This document shows, piece by piece, positions 12,222-23,990 of a stretch of 64,000 nt of DNA. Position numbers and translations under genes: made by a program. Each line of letters opens with the position of its first letter. Within the stretch, counting starts at the first letter, position 1. Location of the stretch: the NCBI GenBank assembly GCA_963707335.1, contig CAVPQD010000027.1:31868-95867 (forward strand), written 5' to 3'. The notes below the pieces were generated by a model. That model worked only from the letters and a program-made list of their open reading frames with translations. It did not search any database and had not been told where the DNA came from. This DNA is from an uncultured Thermoleophilia bacterium (GTDB lineage: Bacteria; Actinomycetota; Thermoleophilia; UBA2241).

Positions 12222-12647
12222 ATGGCGACCAGGACGGCGTTCACGACGACCGAGTGGCAGACCCTGCAATGGGCGGTCACGGACACGATGGCCTACCTCA
12301 CACTGGCCGACCCCGGGTTCTGGGACACGTTCAAGGAAGCCAGCGCCGGGGCCAGGTTCCTCGCCGGAGTCAAGACCGACAACGAGAACGTGCTCGTCCG
12401 CGAGATCGCGGCGGACATCAGGATGGACCGGGATCGCGCGCTCAAGGGCAATCCTGCCGACGTGGCCGGGACGGCGACCGCGCGCGTGAGCGAGGCGGCG
12501 AAGATCGTCGCGGACAAGGCGCCGGAGGACCTGGAGGCCTTCAAGGCGTTCATCGTGGGTGTCGCCAAGGCGACCGCCGAGGCCGCCAAGGGGATCGGCC
12601 CCAACGAGGCTGCGGCCATCTCGAAGATCGAGGCCGCCCTCGGCTGA
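12222..12647 (+). CDS. hypothetical helical protein
   Basis: 141-aa ORF; ATG follows GGAGGCGG. Non-repetitive, balanced composition (MATRTAFTTTEWQTLQWAVTDTMAYLTLADPGFWDTFKEA...). No family recognised by eye. Confidence 0.6.
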   Translation: MATRTAFTTTEWQTLQWAVTDTMAYLTLADPGFWDTFKEASAGARFLAGVKTDNENVLVREIAADIRMDRDRALKGNPADVAGTATARVSEAAKIVADKAPEDLEAFKAFIVGVAKATAEAAKGIGPNEAAAISKIEAALG

Positions 12648-12674
12648 CGCCGCGATCGTTGGCCGCGGCTGAGC

Positions 12675-15164
<2,490 letters not shown>

Positions 15165-15256
15165 GCGGTCCTCTCTGGCGGCCGAGTCTCGAGGCGCGCT
15201 CGCCGCCGCAGGCGGGCGAGCGTCCAGCCGTTGATTGTACATGAGCCTGGCTGCGC

Positions 15257-15993
15257 TCAGCGCGAGGGGCGTGTACTCCACCGTCGTGCGGCCGTCCTGG
15301 CGTGACGCGGACCGTCGTCACGGCCAGAGGCCGGGGCGCGGCCTCCCTGGAGAAGTCGATAAGCTGGAACGTGTACGTCGGCGTCGGCGCCGCGGCTCCC
15401 GATGTCCTCGTACCCCGAGGCCCCGCCGGTGCCCGCGTCGACGAGGGTCACGGAGCCGTCGCGGCGGACGCCGGCCACGTGGTCGTTGCCGTAGGCCACG
15501 ACGAGGTCGTCGCCGGCCTCCTTCGCGGCGGCCAGGACGCCTGTCGCCTGCGCGAGGTCGTGCACCAGCAGCACGCCGCGGCGGCGGCCACGAGGGAGCG
15601 CCAGCGCGTCCAGGAGGCGCTCGGCGTCCGCGGCCAGCGCCGCCGGGTCGGAGGCCACGCGCGGGTCGCGACGCCATCGGGTCGCTCCCACCGAGGACGC
15701 TCACGCCTGCGGCGCCGGACTCGCCGGCGTCCAGGACCTCGTAGCCGGCGCGCGCGAACGTCGCAAGGGCGGGCCGGTCTTCGTGGTTCCCGCCCACGAA
15801 CAGCACCGGTGTGTCGCCGGCATCGAAGCCGCGCAGGAACCAGCCCCGCCTCGTCGCTCGTGCCCAGGTCGGTCACGTCGCCGCCGACGAGCACGGCGTC
15901 CACCGGGTCGCCGCCGCCCGCCGCGAGCCGCGCCGCGGCGCGCATGCCGAAGACGTTGTCGTGCACATCGCTCACGAGCAGCAGGCGGATCAC
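15257..15993 (-). pseudogene. metallophosphoesterase (calcineurin-like), frameshifted
   Basis: GTG 15993: VIRLLLVSDVHDN...VLVGGDVTD. Then LFVGGNHED in the ORF 15318..15806 frame, then VLLVHDLAQ...VVAYGNDHV in the ORF 15257..15691 frame. The 3' end is uncertain. Confidence 0.7.
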
Positions 15994-16633
15994 GACGCTC
16001 GCGCTCCAGGACCTGGGGCTCGGCGCGTGAGCTGCGTGGCGACGGACTCAAGGCCGTCGACGAAGTCGGCCAGCCGGCTCAGACCGTCGCTCTGGCCGCC
16101 GCCGGAGCCCAGGGCGCGCACCAGGGGCAGCACGCGCGGGACGTTGCGCGCGAGCCCCCGGTACTCGACCGCCGGCGACCGGTCGACGGTCGCGAGCGTG
16201 ACCAGCGTGAGGCCGCCGGCCAGCACGACCACGGCGGCCGCGCCGCCCGCCGCCCCCAGGATCAGCCTGCGGCGCCCTCGCCCCGTCCCGGCCACCAGAC
16301 CACCGGCGGCCGCGCCGGCGAGCAGCAGCCACGGGACGCGGCTCAGCAGGTACCGGCCGAACGCGTCCCTGGCGCTCGCCTGCAGGCTCGGCAAGGTCCC
16401 CTCGAGGTCACCGGGTCCGAGCGAGCCCAGTCTACGTCGGGCAGCTGATACACCATGATGATGTCGAGCGGCGTGCGGTGCGTGCGCAGGGCGAACTCGC
16501 CGGCGGGGCCGAGCGGCATCACGAGCCTGCCGCCCGGCCAGGCCGGCCGCACGCTGAAGGTCACCGTGCCGCGGGGCACATGATAGGTGGCCGCGGACAG
16601 CCCGGCGATGACCGCGACGACCAGCACGGCCAC
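15990..16633 (-). pseudogene. hypothetical membrane protein, one frame change near 16400-16440
   Basis: The N-terminal TM part (VAVLVVAVIAGLSAATYHVPRG...) is in ORF 16343..16633. It continues in ORF 15990..16394 (..LLAGAAAGGLVAG...AAAVVVLAGGLTLVTLA..). Its stop overlaps the phosphoesterase GTG (GTGA). Confidence 0.5.
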
Positions 16634-16932
16634 CAGGCCGAGGCGAAGGAGGACGGGACCCGACGGGGGGCGGGCAGGTCGCCAGGAGCGCAGACGCGCG
16701 GCGATGTCGTGAGGTGTAGTCAGAGCGAGCTCACCCGGCCCGGCCGGGGAAAAGCACTGTCGTACCCGGATTGTACCGCTACCGTCGCCCGCCCGCCTCC
16801 AGGCGGGCCGGCGGGGCCCCGCCGCCGGCCTCGGGGACAGCGCCGCAGGGCGCTCCGCCGGCCCGTCCCGCGGCAGCGTCGAATGGCTCCGCGGGCAACC
16901 GCTGGACGCGCCGCGGGGACGACGCCCAGCGG

Positions 16933-16960
16933 TTGCCGGGCATGCCGGCTGTGCTATACT
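16933..16960 (+). promoter_or_regulatory. candidate sigma-A promoter of tRNA-Ala
   Basis: TTGCCG (16933-16938), 16-nt spacer, TATACT (16955-16960), about 35 nt upstream of the mature tRNA 5' end. Confidence 0.5.
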
Positions 16961-16995
16961 TTCGTGCCTGCCGGCACCGTCGGCACCCCTTCGGT

Positions 16996-17071
16996 GGGGG
17001 TATAGCTCAGTTGGGAGAGCGTTTGGCTGGCAGCCAAAAGGTCACCGGTTCGAGCCCGGTTACCTCCACCA
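16996..17071 (+). tRNA. tRNA-Ala (anticodon GGC), CCA encoded
   Basis: Hand-folded cloverleaf. Acceptor GGGGGTA/TACCTCC with the G3:U70 alanine identity pair; D arm GCTC-AGTTGGGA-GAGC; anticodon arm TTTGG-CTGGCAG-CCAAA; T arm ACCGG-TTCGAGC-CCGGT; 3' ACCA. Confidence 0.92.
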
Positions 17072-17267
17072 CACTATTCACCTGCTGATCCCCACGTTCC
17101 GCCTCTGGCGTGGTCCGCTCGCAAGCCCCGCAGATCCGCCAGAGTCCTCGAGAAGTCCTCGTTCCCACCTCCACTCAAGTCTCCATCCCCGGCGTTCGAT
17201 ACAATGACGTGGCTGGGCTGCAGTCGGGGACGCAGACCAGCTTCATCGAGGCCGAGAGGAGAAAGTC

Positions 17268-17811
17268 ATGGTCTACTGCCGCAGTTGCGGCATGTCCATG
17301 AGCGAGACAGCGACGCTCTGTCCCGCTTGTGGGGCTGCGGTCGCGGCGACGCCGGCCGCCGCAGCCCCAGACGCCCCGGCGCTCATCGCCACCGTCAGGC
17401 TGGCGCCCGGCTGGCCCGGCAAGACCATCACCTACGCTGCGGGTCGCTTCACCCTTGAGGGCTCTGGCGAGATCACGCCCCAGGACGTGCTCGCCTACGA
17501 TGCCGAGGGCCAGCTCGACTGGGCGTATGGAGGCATGCGCGACTGGGTCGTGCAACTGAGCACGATCTCCGCCTCCGTCCGCAACGACTGCCATGGACTC
17601 ACGGCCGGCATCCCTCGTGTCCGGCACGACCCAGCCCACCGCCAGTGCGAGGGTCACCCCGCGCTGGGCTGGCATCGTTGTGGCACTGGTTGTCGCCCTG
17701 TCGTGGGTCCTGTACGGCTTTCACGGCCACCATCACTACGCCTCGAACCCAGGAACGTGGTTCATACTCGCCATTGCCCTGGGCACCATCCTTCTCGCGA
17801 GGCGCAGGTGA
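17268..17811 (+). pseudogene. zinc-ribbon membrane protein, one frame change near 17560-17600
   Basis: ATG 17268 follows SD GAGAGGAG. MVYCRSCGMSMSETATLCPACG is a CxxC..CxxC zinc ribbon. The two C-terminal TM helices (WAGIVVALVVALSWVLYGF, WFILAIALGTILLARRR) are in ORF 17593..17811, a different frame. Confidence 0.55.
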
Positions 17812-18021
17812 CCCCTGCGACGTCCTCTGGCTCGGCGATCTCGGACTCCGCCTCGGAACGCAAGCCGGTCCGGCCGAGCATGATGGCACGTTTGAAGTCC
17901 CTCGCCAAGTCCTCCCACGCACGGTCGGAGACGTATACTCGCGGTTGCGACCATGCGGAGAACATGTGCATCTCGAGCGTGAAGGGGTAGGGGCGGGGTC
18001 CAGCGATCGCCCCGCAGGCGC

Positions 18022-18067
18022 GGCCGGCAGCCAGGAGGTCACCGGTCCGAGCCCGGTCACCTCCACC
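18022..18067 (+). repeat. relic copy of the 3' half of tRNA-Ala (direct repeat of 17025-17070)
   Basis: 41/46 identity to the anticodon-loop-to-acceptor part of the tRNA 1 kb upstream. All 5 differences are A/T to G/C transitions. No matching 5' acceptor or D arm, and the anticodon stem is broken. Confidence 0.8.
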
Positions 18068-18115
18068 GACGTCCTCGCCCCGCCGGCTCCCGCCCCGTCG
18101 ACACCGCCCTCGCCG

Positions 18116-19642
18116 TTGCCGACGTCCCCGCCCCGCTTCCTGCTGCCCCTGGTCTTCCTGGCGGGCATCGGGTCCATGGCCACCGAGATCTCCGCCTCGC
18201 GCCTGCTGGCCCCGTACTACGGCTCCTCGACGGTCGTGTGGGCCAACATCATCGGCTTGATCCTCGCCTCGCTGTCGATCGGGTACTGGCTGGGCGGCAA
18301 GCTCGCCGACCGGCGCCCGTCGCCGCGCCTGCTCGCCCGCCTCGTCCTCGCCGCGGCCGTGCTGGTGGCGGCCATCCCCTTCGTGGCGCGACCCTTCCTG
18401 GACCTCTCGGTGCGGGCCATCGACACGCTGTCGACCGGGGCCGTCGTGGGATCGTTCGCGGCGTCACTCGTGCTGTTCGCGCCCCCGGTGATCCTGCTGG
18501 GCATGGTGACGCCGTTCGCCATACGCCTTGCGACGACCGGCGTCGCGGACGCCGGCCGGGTGGCCGGCCGCGTCTTCGCCCTCTCCACGGCCGGCAGCCT
18601 CATCGGCACGTTCGTGCCGGCGCTCATCACCATCCCGCTCATCGGCACGCAGCGCACCATGCTCGCCGCGGCGGCCGTGCTGGCGCTGGCCGCCGCGCCC
18701 CTGCTGGGCCGCCGCTGGGTCGTCGCCGGAGTCGTCCTGCTCGGCCTGCTCGTCATCCCGCCCGGCGTCGTCAAGGCGCAGCCGGGCCTCATCCACGAGA
18801 GCGAATCGCGCTACCAGTTCATCCAGGTCGTGCAGAGCGGGCCCGAGCGCCGGCTGTACCTGAACGAGGGCCTCGCCATCCACTCGGTGTGGCGCGCGGA
18901 CACGGTGCTCACGGGCGGCGAATGGGACATGTTCCTCACCGCCCCACCGCTGCTCGGCCGCCCGGCCCGCGACGTCGCCATCCTCGGCAACGCCGGCGGC
19001 ACGACGGCGCGCGCCTTCGGCGTGTACTACCCCGCCGCCCGCATCGACGGGGTGGAGATCGACCCCGCCGTGAGCGCCGTCGGGCGCCGCTACTTCGGCC
19101 TCGAGGACAACCCGCGGCTGACGGTCGTCACGGCCGACGCCCGGCCCTTCCTGCGGGCCACACGCGAGCGCTACGACCTGATCCTCGTCGATGCCTACCG
19201 CCAGCCGTACGTGCCGTTCTACCTGGCCACCCGCGAGTTCTTCGAGCTCGCCCGCCGGCGCCTGCGGCCGGGCGGGCTCATCGCCCTCAACGTCTCCACG
19301 GTGCCCGGCGACCATCGCCTGGCACAAGGTGTCGCCGGCACGCTGGCGACATCGTTCCCGCAGGTCGTCACCTGGCAGGCGCTGCGCTTCAACCAGTTCG
19401 TCGTGGGCCTGACGGCGCCGCTGCCGCGGGCAGTCATGACCGCCCGCCTGCTGGCGGCGCCCGCCGACCTGCGCCCGGACACCCGGTTGTTCGCCCGCGA
19501 CCTGCGTCTCGCGGCGCCCTCCCGCGACCCGTGGACGGACGACCAGGCGCCGGTCGAGTGGGTCACCGATCGCATGATCGCCGCCTATGCCATCCGCGGC
19601 CGGGGCGAGCAGGAGCAGCTCCTGCCCACCGCGCCGCGCTGA
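18116..19642 (+). CDS. fused polytopic membrane / spermidine synthase-like (class I methyltransferase fold) protein
   Basis: The N-terminal half has multiple TM helices. The C-terminal half has VAILGNAGGTTARAF, DGVEIDPAV and YDLILVDAYRQPYVPFYLATREFF. The start is uncertain (TTG 18116 or ATG 18176). The track ORF opens at 17645 but that part covers the tRNA relic. Confidence 0.75.
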   Translation: MPTSPPRFLLPLVFLAGIGSMATEISASRLLAPYYGSSTVVWANIIGLILASLSIGYWLGGKLADRRPSPRLLARLVLAAAVLVAAIPFVARPFLDLSVRAIDTLSTGAVVGSFAASLVLFAPPVILLGMVTPFAIRLATTGVADAGRVAGRVFALSTAGSLIGTFVPALITIPLIGTQRTMLAAAAVLALAAAPLLGRRWVVAGVVLLGLLVIPPGVVKAQPGLIHESESRYQFIQVVQSGPERRLYLNEGLAIHSVWRADTVLTGGEWDMFLTAPPLLGRPARDVAILGNAGGTTARAFGVYYPAARIDGVEIDPAVSAVGRRYFGLEDNPRLTVVTADARPFLRATRERYDLILVDAYRQPYVPFYLATREFFELARRRLRPGGLIALNVSTVPGDHRLAQGVAGTLATSFPQVVTWQALRFNQFVVGLTAPLPRAVMTARLLAAPADLRPDTRLFARDLRLAAPSRDPWTDDQAPVEWVTDRMIAAYAIRGRGEQEQLLPTAPR

Positions 19643-19760
19643 ACCCCGCCGCGGCCGCGAGCCCGCTCGGGGTTTAGCGGGCATGGCGACCGGAAAGTAT
19701 CGGGACACACAGGGCGGGGAGTCTCCCGTCAGCACGCGCTCAGCACGGGAGGAGGAGTGC

Positions 19761-20120
19761 ATGGAGGAACGACCGCAGTTTCTCGTCGGCTATGAGAAGC
19801 CGAGCGAGACGGTCGGCGTCGTGGTCCTCGAAGGTGAGATCGACATCTACTCTGCGCCGCAGTTCAAAGAGGTCCTCGTCAACGGCATCGAGGACGGCGC
19901 CCGCAGAGTGGTCGTGGATCTCACCGGGGTCACCTTCATCGACTCCACCGCCTTGGGCGTGCTCGTGAGCGGCGCCAAGCGCGTACGGCCGCGAAACGGC
20001 AGCCTCGACATCGTCTGCACCGACGAGAACATCATCCGTATCTTCGAGATCACCGGCCTCGACCGCATCTTCGGCATCTACGCTTCGCGGGACGAGGCCA
20101 TCGAGGCGGCCGGCACCTGA
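19761..20120 (+). CDS. STAS-domain anti-sigma-factor antagonist (SpoIIAA/RsbV-like)
   Basis: ATG 19761 follows SD GGGAGGAGG. ...VVVLEGEIDIYSAPQFKEVL...VVVDLTGVTFIDSTALGVLVSG...IFEITGLDRIF. The DST motif corresponds to the phosphorylatable site. Confidence 0.85.
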   Translation: MEERPQFLVGYEKPSETVGVVVLEGEIDIYSAPQFKEVLVNGIEDGARRVVVDLTGVTFIDSTALGVLVSGAKRVRPRNGSLDIVCTDENIIRIFEITGLDRIFGIYASRDEAIEAAGT

Positions 20121-20183
20121 CATCGGCCGAAACGGGAGGGTGGCCGCCTGGGTCATGGGAGGCGGTCGCCGGGGGCGAGGATC

Positions 20184-20567
20184 ATGGAGCTACGCAGCAC
20201 GAAGGCGCTTCGAGGCCGCAGTCTCCACACGGTGGCCGATGACATGCTGAAGACGAAGACATACGGAACGGGCCGCGTCTGCGCCGTCGACGGGTGCGGC
20301 ACCAGGCTCTCAGCGTACAACCCGAGCACCACCTGCGCCCTTCACGGCGGGTCCTGGCAGAACGACTACCACCACGCGTCCCGCAAGGCGAGCCAGCGCG
20401 AGGAGATCACCCGGCGCTGCGCCTTCGAGCCCTGCAGCCGCGAGTTCACCACCACGAACCCCGCCAAGAAGTACTGCAGCGACGCCTGCCGCATGAAGGC
20501 CTTCCAGGCCCGGGTCATGGCGTCGCGACGCATGGGCGACGTGTCGGACGCGCGCCGCGCCAGCTGA
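20184..20567 (+). CDS. Cys-rich small protein with two tandem zinc-ribbon-like motifs
   Basis: 127-aa ORF following GAGGA. It has an internal repeat: RVCAVDGCGTRLSAYNPSTTCALHG and RRCAFEPCSREFTTTNPAKKYCSDAC (C-x4-C-x12/13-C-x2/3-H/C, shared NP). Confidence 0.55.
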   Translation: MELRSTKALRGRSLHTVADDMLKTKTYGTGRVCAVDGCGTRLSAYNPSTTCALHGGSWQNDYHHASRKASQREEITRRCAFEPCSREFTTTNPAKKYCSDACRMKAFQARVMASRRMGDVSDARRAS

Positions 20568-20621
20568 CGGCGGTGCGCCCGGCTGGGCCGACGACGGGTG
20601 GGCCGGCGCGCCGCCGGAGTC

Positions 20622-21068
20622 TTAGCGCGGCACGGCCTCGAACGCCGGCGGGATGACCGGCAGCACTCCGCTCGTCAACGCGCGTACCGCTTCCTCCACC
20701 GTCTCGAACACGGGCACGACGTTGGGCAGTCCGATCACGGCCAGGGCCCGCCGTACCTCACCTATGGGCCGGGCCAGCACGAGCTCGCGGTGCGTCGCGC
20801 GCTGGTCGCGCACCAGCCGTATGACGAAGCCGATGAAGCTGGAGTCGATGAAGGTCGTGTCGGCCAGGTCCATGATGAGATGCTGGCGGTGATAGAGCGG
20901 GCCCAGATGGCGGCGCAGGAAGCGGTCGATCTCGGGTACGGAATCGATGTCGAACTCGCCCCCGAGCTGCAGGATCGGGGGGCCCGGCTTCGCCGGCCGT
21001 GGCATGTCCAGTCTGAGGACCGCCCGGCCCGAAACGTGTTCGAGTGGACGAGCGGCTGAGCGTGCCAC
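20622..21068 (-). CDS. STAS-domain anti-sigma-factor antagonist
   Basis: GTG 21068 lies 7 nt after GGGGGAGG. ...ILQLGGEFDIDSVPEIDRFL...LIMDLADTTFIDSSFIGFVIRL...VIGLPNVVPVFETVEEA. Confidence 0.8.
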   Translation of the reverse strand: MARSAARPLEHVSGRAVLRLDMPRPAKPGPPILQLGGEFDIDSVPEIDRFLRRHLGPLYHRQHLIMDLADTTFIDSSFIGFVIRLVRDQRATHRELVLARPIGEVRRALAVIGLPNVVPVFETVEEAVRALTSGVLPVIPPAFEAVPR

Positions 21069-21309
21069 AGCGCTACCTCCCCCTCGATAGGCGGCCCGAT
21101 CTTGGGCCCGTGACCTGGATCGACGTGTCTCCCGGCCGGAGACACGACCACGACGCTACCGCCGTCCGCTAGGGATGTAAAGCCGTTCGGCGGCAGGATT
21201 GGCAGGTTGTCGCTTGAGGTTCTTCGGCAGCCTGAGGAAGGCTCGAGCGGGGGTCGAGACCCCTGCCCGGAGGGTCGAGGGTTCGCGGGCTGGAGCGCCG
21301 GGCGCGCTG

Positions 21310-22260
21310 TCAGGCTTCGTCGGCGCGCGCCGCAAGCTTGCGGTACTGGGGCTCGCGCTCCTTGAGCATCGTCAGGACGGGGCTGGCGACGAAGATCGAC
21401 GAGTAGGCGCCGGACAGGATGCCGACCAGCAGGGCGAAGGCGAAGTCCTTGAGGGTGGCGCCGCCGAAGAGGAGCAGGCAGACCACGGGCAGCAGTGTGA
21501 TCAACGAGGTGTTCATGGAGCGCGTGAGCGTCTCCCAGATGGAGCGGTTGACCATGTCGCCGTAGGGCATGCGGTTCAACTTGGGCTGATTCTCGCGGAT
21601 ACGGTCGTAGATGATGACCGTGTCGTAGAGCGAGTAGCCGAGGATGGTGAGCACGGCGGCGATCGTGGCCGTCGTGACCTCGCGCCCCGTGATGGAGTAC
21701 ACGCCGAGCACGATGAGCAGGTCGTGGATCTCGGCGGCGATGGCCCCCACCGCGAACTTCCACTGGAAGCGGAACGACACGTAGGCCAGGATGAGGAGCA
21801 GGGCGATGACCACGGCCTTCAGCGACGCCGTCTTCACCTGCGACCCGAAGGTGGCGCCCACGAGCTCCAGCGTCCAGCCGCCCGGAGCGATCGTGAACTG
21901 CTTGTCGAGGGCGCTCTGCAGCGCGCCTTGCTGCGCCGTCGACAAGGTCGAGGTCTGGATCTGGAAGCCTCTCTTGCCGGTGTTGGCGAGGTTCGCGGAC
22001 TCTTGGATCTGCGCGTTACCGTAGCCCGCGTCGGCGAGTGCGCCGCGCACCCCGGCGACCGTCGCCGGCTGCGTGAAGATCACGCTGATGCGCGTGCCTT
22101 CCTTGAATTCGAGCCCGTAATTGAAGCCGTCCGCCGGGTTGCCGCCGCCCTTCACGAACATGCTGATGAGGCCGGCCGCGATGATGACGGCGGAGATCGT
22201 GAACCACCACTTCTTGTGGCCCATGTAGTCGAAGCTGTAGATGCGGCGGAAGGCGTTCAC
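21310..22260 (-). CDS. secF: protein translocase subunit SecF
   Basis: 316-aa ORF with SecF topology and motifs (FNYGLEFKEGT...; ...DTVIIYDRIREN...; LTRSMNTSLITLLPV). Sits directly after secD. Confidence 0.93.
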   Translation of the reverse strand: MNAFRRIYSFDYMGHKKWWFTISAVIIAAGLISMFVKGGGNPADGFNYGLEFKEGTRISVIFTQPATVAGVRGALADAGYGNAQIQESANLANTGKRGFQIQTSTLSTAQQGALQSALDKQFTIAPGGWTLELVGATFGSQVKTASLKAVVIALLLILAYVSFRFQWKFAVGAIAAEIHDLLIVLGVYSITGREVTTATIAAVLTILGYSLYDTVIIYDRIRENQPKLNRMPYGDMVNRSIWETLTRSMNTSLITLLPVVCLLLFGGATLKDFAFALLVGILSGAYSSIFVASPVLTMLKEREPQYRKLAARADEA

Positions 22261-22264
22261 GTGA

Positions 22265-23884
22265 CTATCTCCGCTTCTTCTTCTTGCGTGACGTGGAGGT
22301 GCGGCGGCCGGCGGCGGGCGACCTCTGCGTCGCGGGGCCGGCCGCCTCGGCGGGCACGGGCCCGCCGTCGCCGCCCGCGGCCTGGGCGCGCCGGCGCCGG
22401 GCCGCGGCGGTCGCCGGCTCGGCCGGCGCCTCGATGTCGCTGGCGTGCACGCCCATGAAGGCCGGCTTGCTGAAGAACTTGAAGCCGGCCAGCACGCCCA
22501 GCATGGCCCGCGTGAAGAGCACGGCGGTGAGCATGCTGACGAGCACGCCCAGGATGAGGGTGAGGGCGAAGCCCTTGGGCTGGGCCGTGGCGAACACGAA
22601 CAGCACGGCCGCCGTGAGCATGGTCAGGATGTTGGCGTCCAGGATCGTGCGGAAACCGCGCGCATAGCCCGAGTTGACGGCGCTGCGCACGGTCTTGCCG
22701 TGGCGCACCTCTTCCTTGATGCGCTCGAAGATCACTACGTTGGCGTCGGCGGCGACGCCGATGGTGAGGATCATGCCGGCGATACCTGGCAGGGTGAGCG
22801 TCACGGGGATGACGTTGAACAGCCCCCAGAGGAGGATGCCGTAGACGATGAGGGCCAGGTCGGCGACGAGGCCGAGGAAGCGGTAGTAGAGCAGCATGTA
22901 GATGAGCACCAAGCCGAGGCCGATCATGCCCGCGTACAGCGCCTGGTTCAGCGAGTCCTTGCCGAGCGTGGCCGAGACCTGCTGCTGATACGAAGGCACC
23001 AGCTTGACGGGCAAGGCGCCGGTGTTCAGCACGAAGGCCAGGTCCTTCGACTCCTGCACGGTCATGTTGCCGCCGCTGATCACGGCGCTGCCGCTGATGC
23101 CGTCCGCCAGGCCGGCGTCCGTGTAGTCGATCATCGGGTCGGACTCCATCACGTTGTCGAGCACGATGGCGAACGTCTGCGGCGTGCGTTTGAGCGCGCC
23201 GACCCGGTAGAGCTCTCGCGTGATCTCCTGGAACTTGTCGCTGCCCTTGCCGGTGAAGTCGATGTTCACCTGCGGCTCGCCGGTCTGGCTGTTGAAACCC
23301 GCGGTCCCCTTGGAGATGGCGTCGCCGGTCATGGCCGGCGGCAGGCGGAACACCGCCCATTGCGTGGTCTGGTTGCCCCGCGTACCTGGTGGGATCTCGA
23401 CGAGGGCGTACTTGTCGGTGTTGCCCTCGGTGCGGAGCTGCTCGATCTCGGCCTTGCTCGCGCCCAGCTGCTTCAGCTCCTTCAGCGCCGCGTCCTTGCT
23501 GTCCACGGGGCTCACGGGGCGCGAGCGGGCATCGTCCTTGAAGAACTGCAGCTGGGCGGTCTTGCCGATGATGTTGAGCGCCTGCTGGGCGTCGCTGATG
23601 CCCGGCAGTGACACGGAGACCTGGTCGCTGCCCTGCTTCTGGATCTGCGACTCGGTGACGCCCAGGCCGTTCACGCGGCGGTCGAGGATACCGATGGTCT
23701 GGTCCATCTGCTCGGACGTGGGCGCCTTGCCGTCCGCCGTCTTCGCCTGATACACGATCTCGAGGCCGCCCTGCAGGTCCAGGCCCAGGCGCGTCTTCAC
23801 GCTCGGCGGGATGATGTAGTACAGCGAGACGGCCACCAGGGCGGCCATCACGAGCAGGATGATGAGGTTTCTGTGTTTTCTCAA
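22265..23884 (-). CDS. secD: protein translocase subunit SecD
   Basis: 539-aa ORF (TTG start per track). LGLDLQGGLEIVYQA, a large periplasmic domain and a C-terminal RND-like TM bundle (GIAGMILTIGVAADANVVIFERIKEE). Gly/Ala/Arg-rich tail. Confidence 0.93.
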   Translation of the reverse strand: MRKHRNLIILLVMAALVAVSLYYIIPPSVKTRLGLDLQGGLEIVYQAKTADGKAPTSEQMDQTIGILDRRVNGLGVTESQIQKQGSDQVSVSLPGISDAQQALNIIGKTAQLQFFKDDARSRPVSPVDSKDAALKELKQLGASKAEIEQLRTEGNTDKYALVEIPPGTRGNQTTQWAVFRLPPAMTGDAISKGTAGFNSQTGEPQVNIDFTGKGSDKFQEITRELYRVGALKRTPQTFAIVLDNVMESDPMIDYTDAGLADGISGSAVISGGNMTVQESKDLAFVLNTGALPVKLVPSYQQQVSATLGKDSLNQALYAGMIGLGLVLIYMLLYYRFLGLVADLALIVYGILLWGLFNVIPVTLTLPGIAGMILTIGVAADANVVIFERIKEEVRHGKTVRSAVNSGYARGFRTILDANILTMLTAAVLFVFATAQPKGFALTLILGVLVSMLTAVLFTRAMLGVLAGFKFFSKPAFMGVHASDIEAPAEPATAAARRRRAQAAGGDGGPVPAEAAGPATQRSPAAGRRTSTSRKKKKRR

Positions 23885-23990
23885 TTCGATAGCGCCCGAG
23901 GCCCGGTGCGGGCCATCAGGCGGTAGAGCGTAGCTGACTTGCGGAGGCGCCGCAACTTCGGGCGCCCTGCGTCACACTTGTCTTGTCGCC

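Noticed and set aside
17987-18070. A second, functional tRNA gene at 18.0 kb.
   Set aside because: Only the 3' half matches. No 5' acceptor strand complementary to CACCTCC is present, there is no D arm, and the anticodon stem has 3 mismatches. It is treated as a relic repeat.
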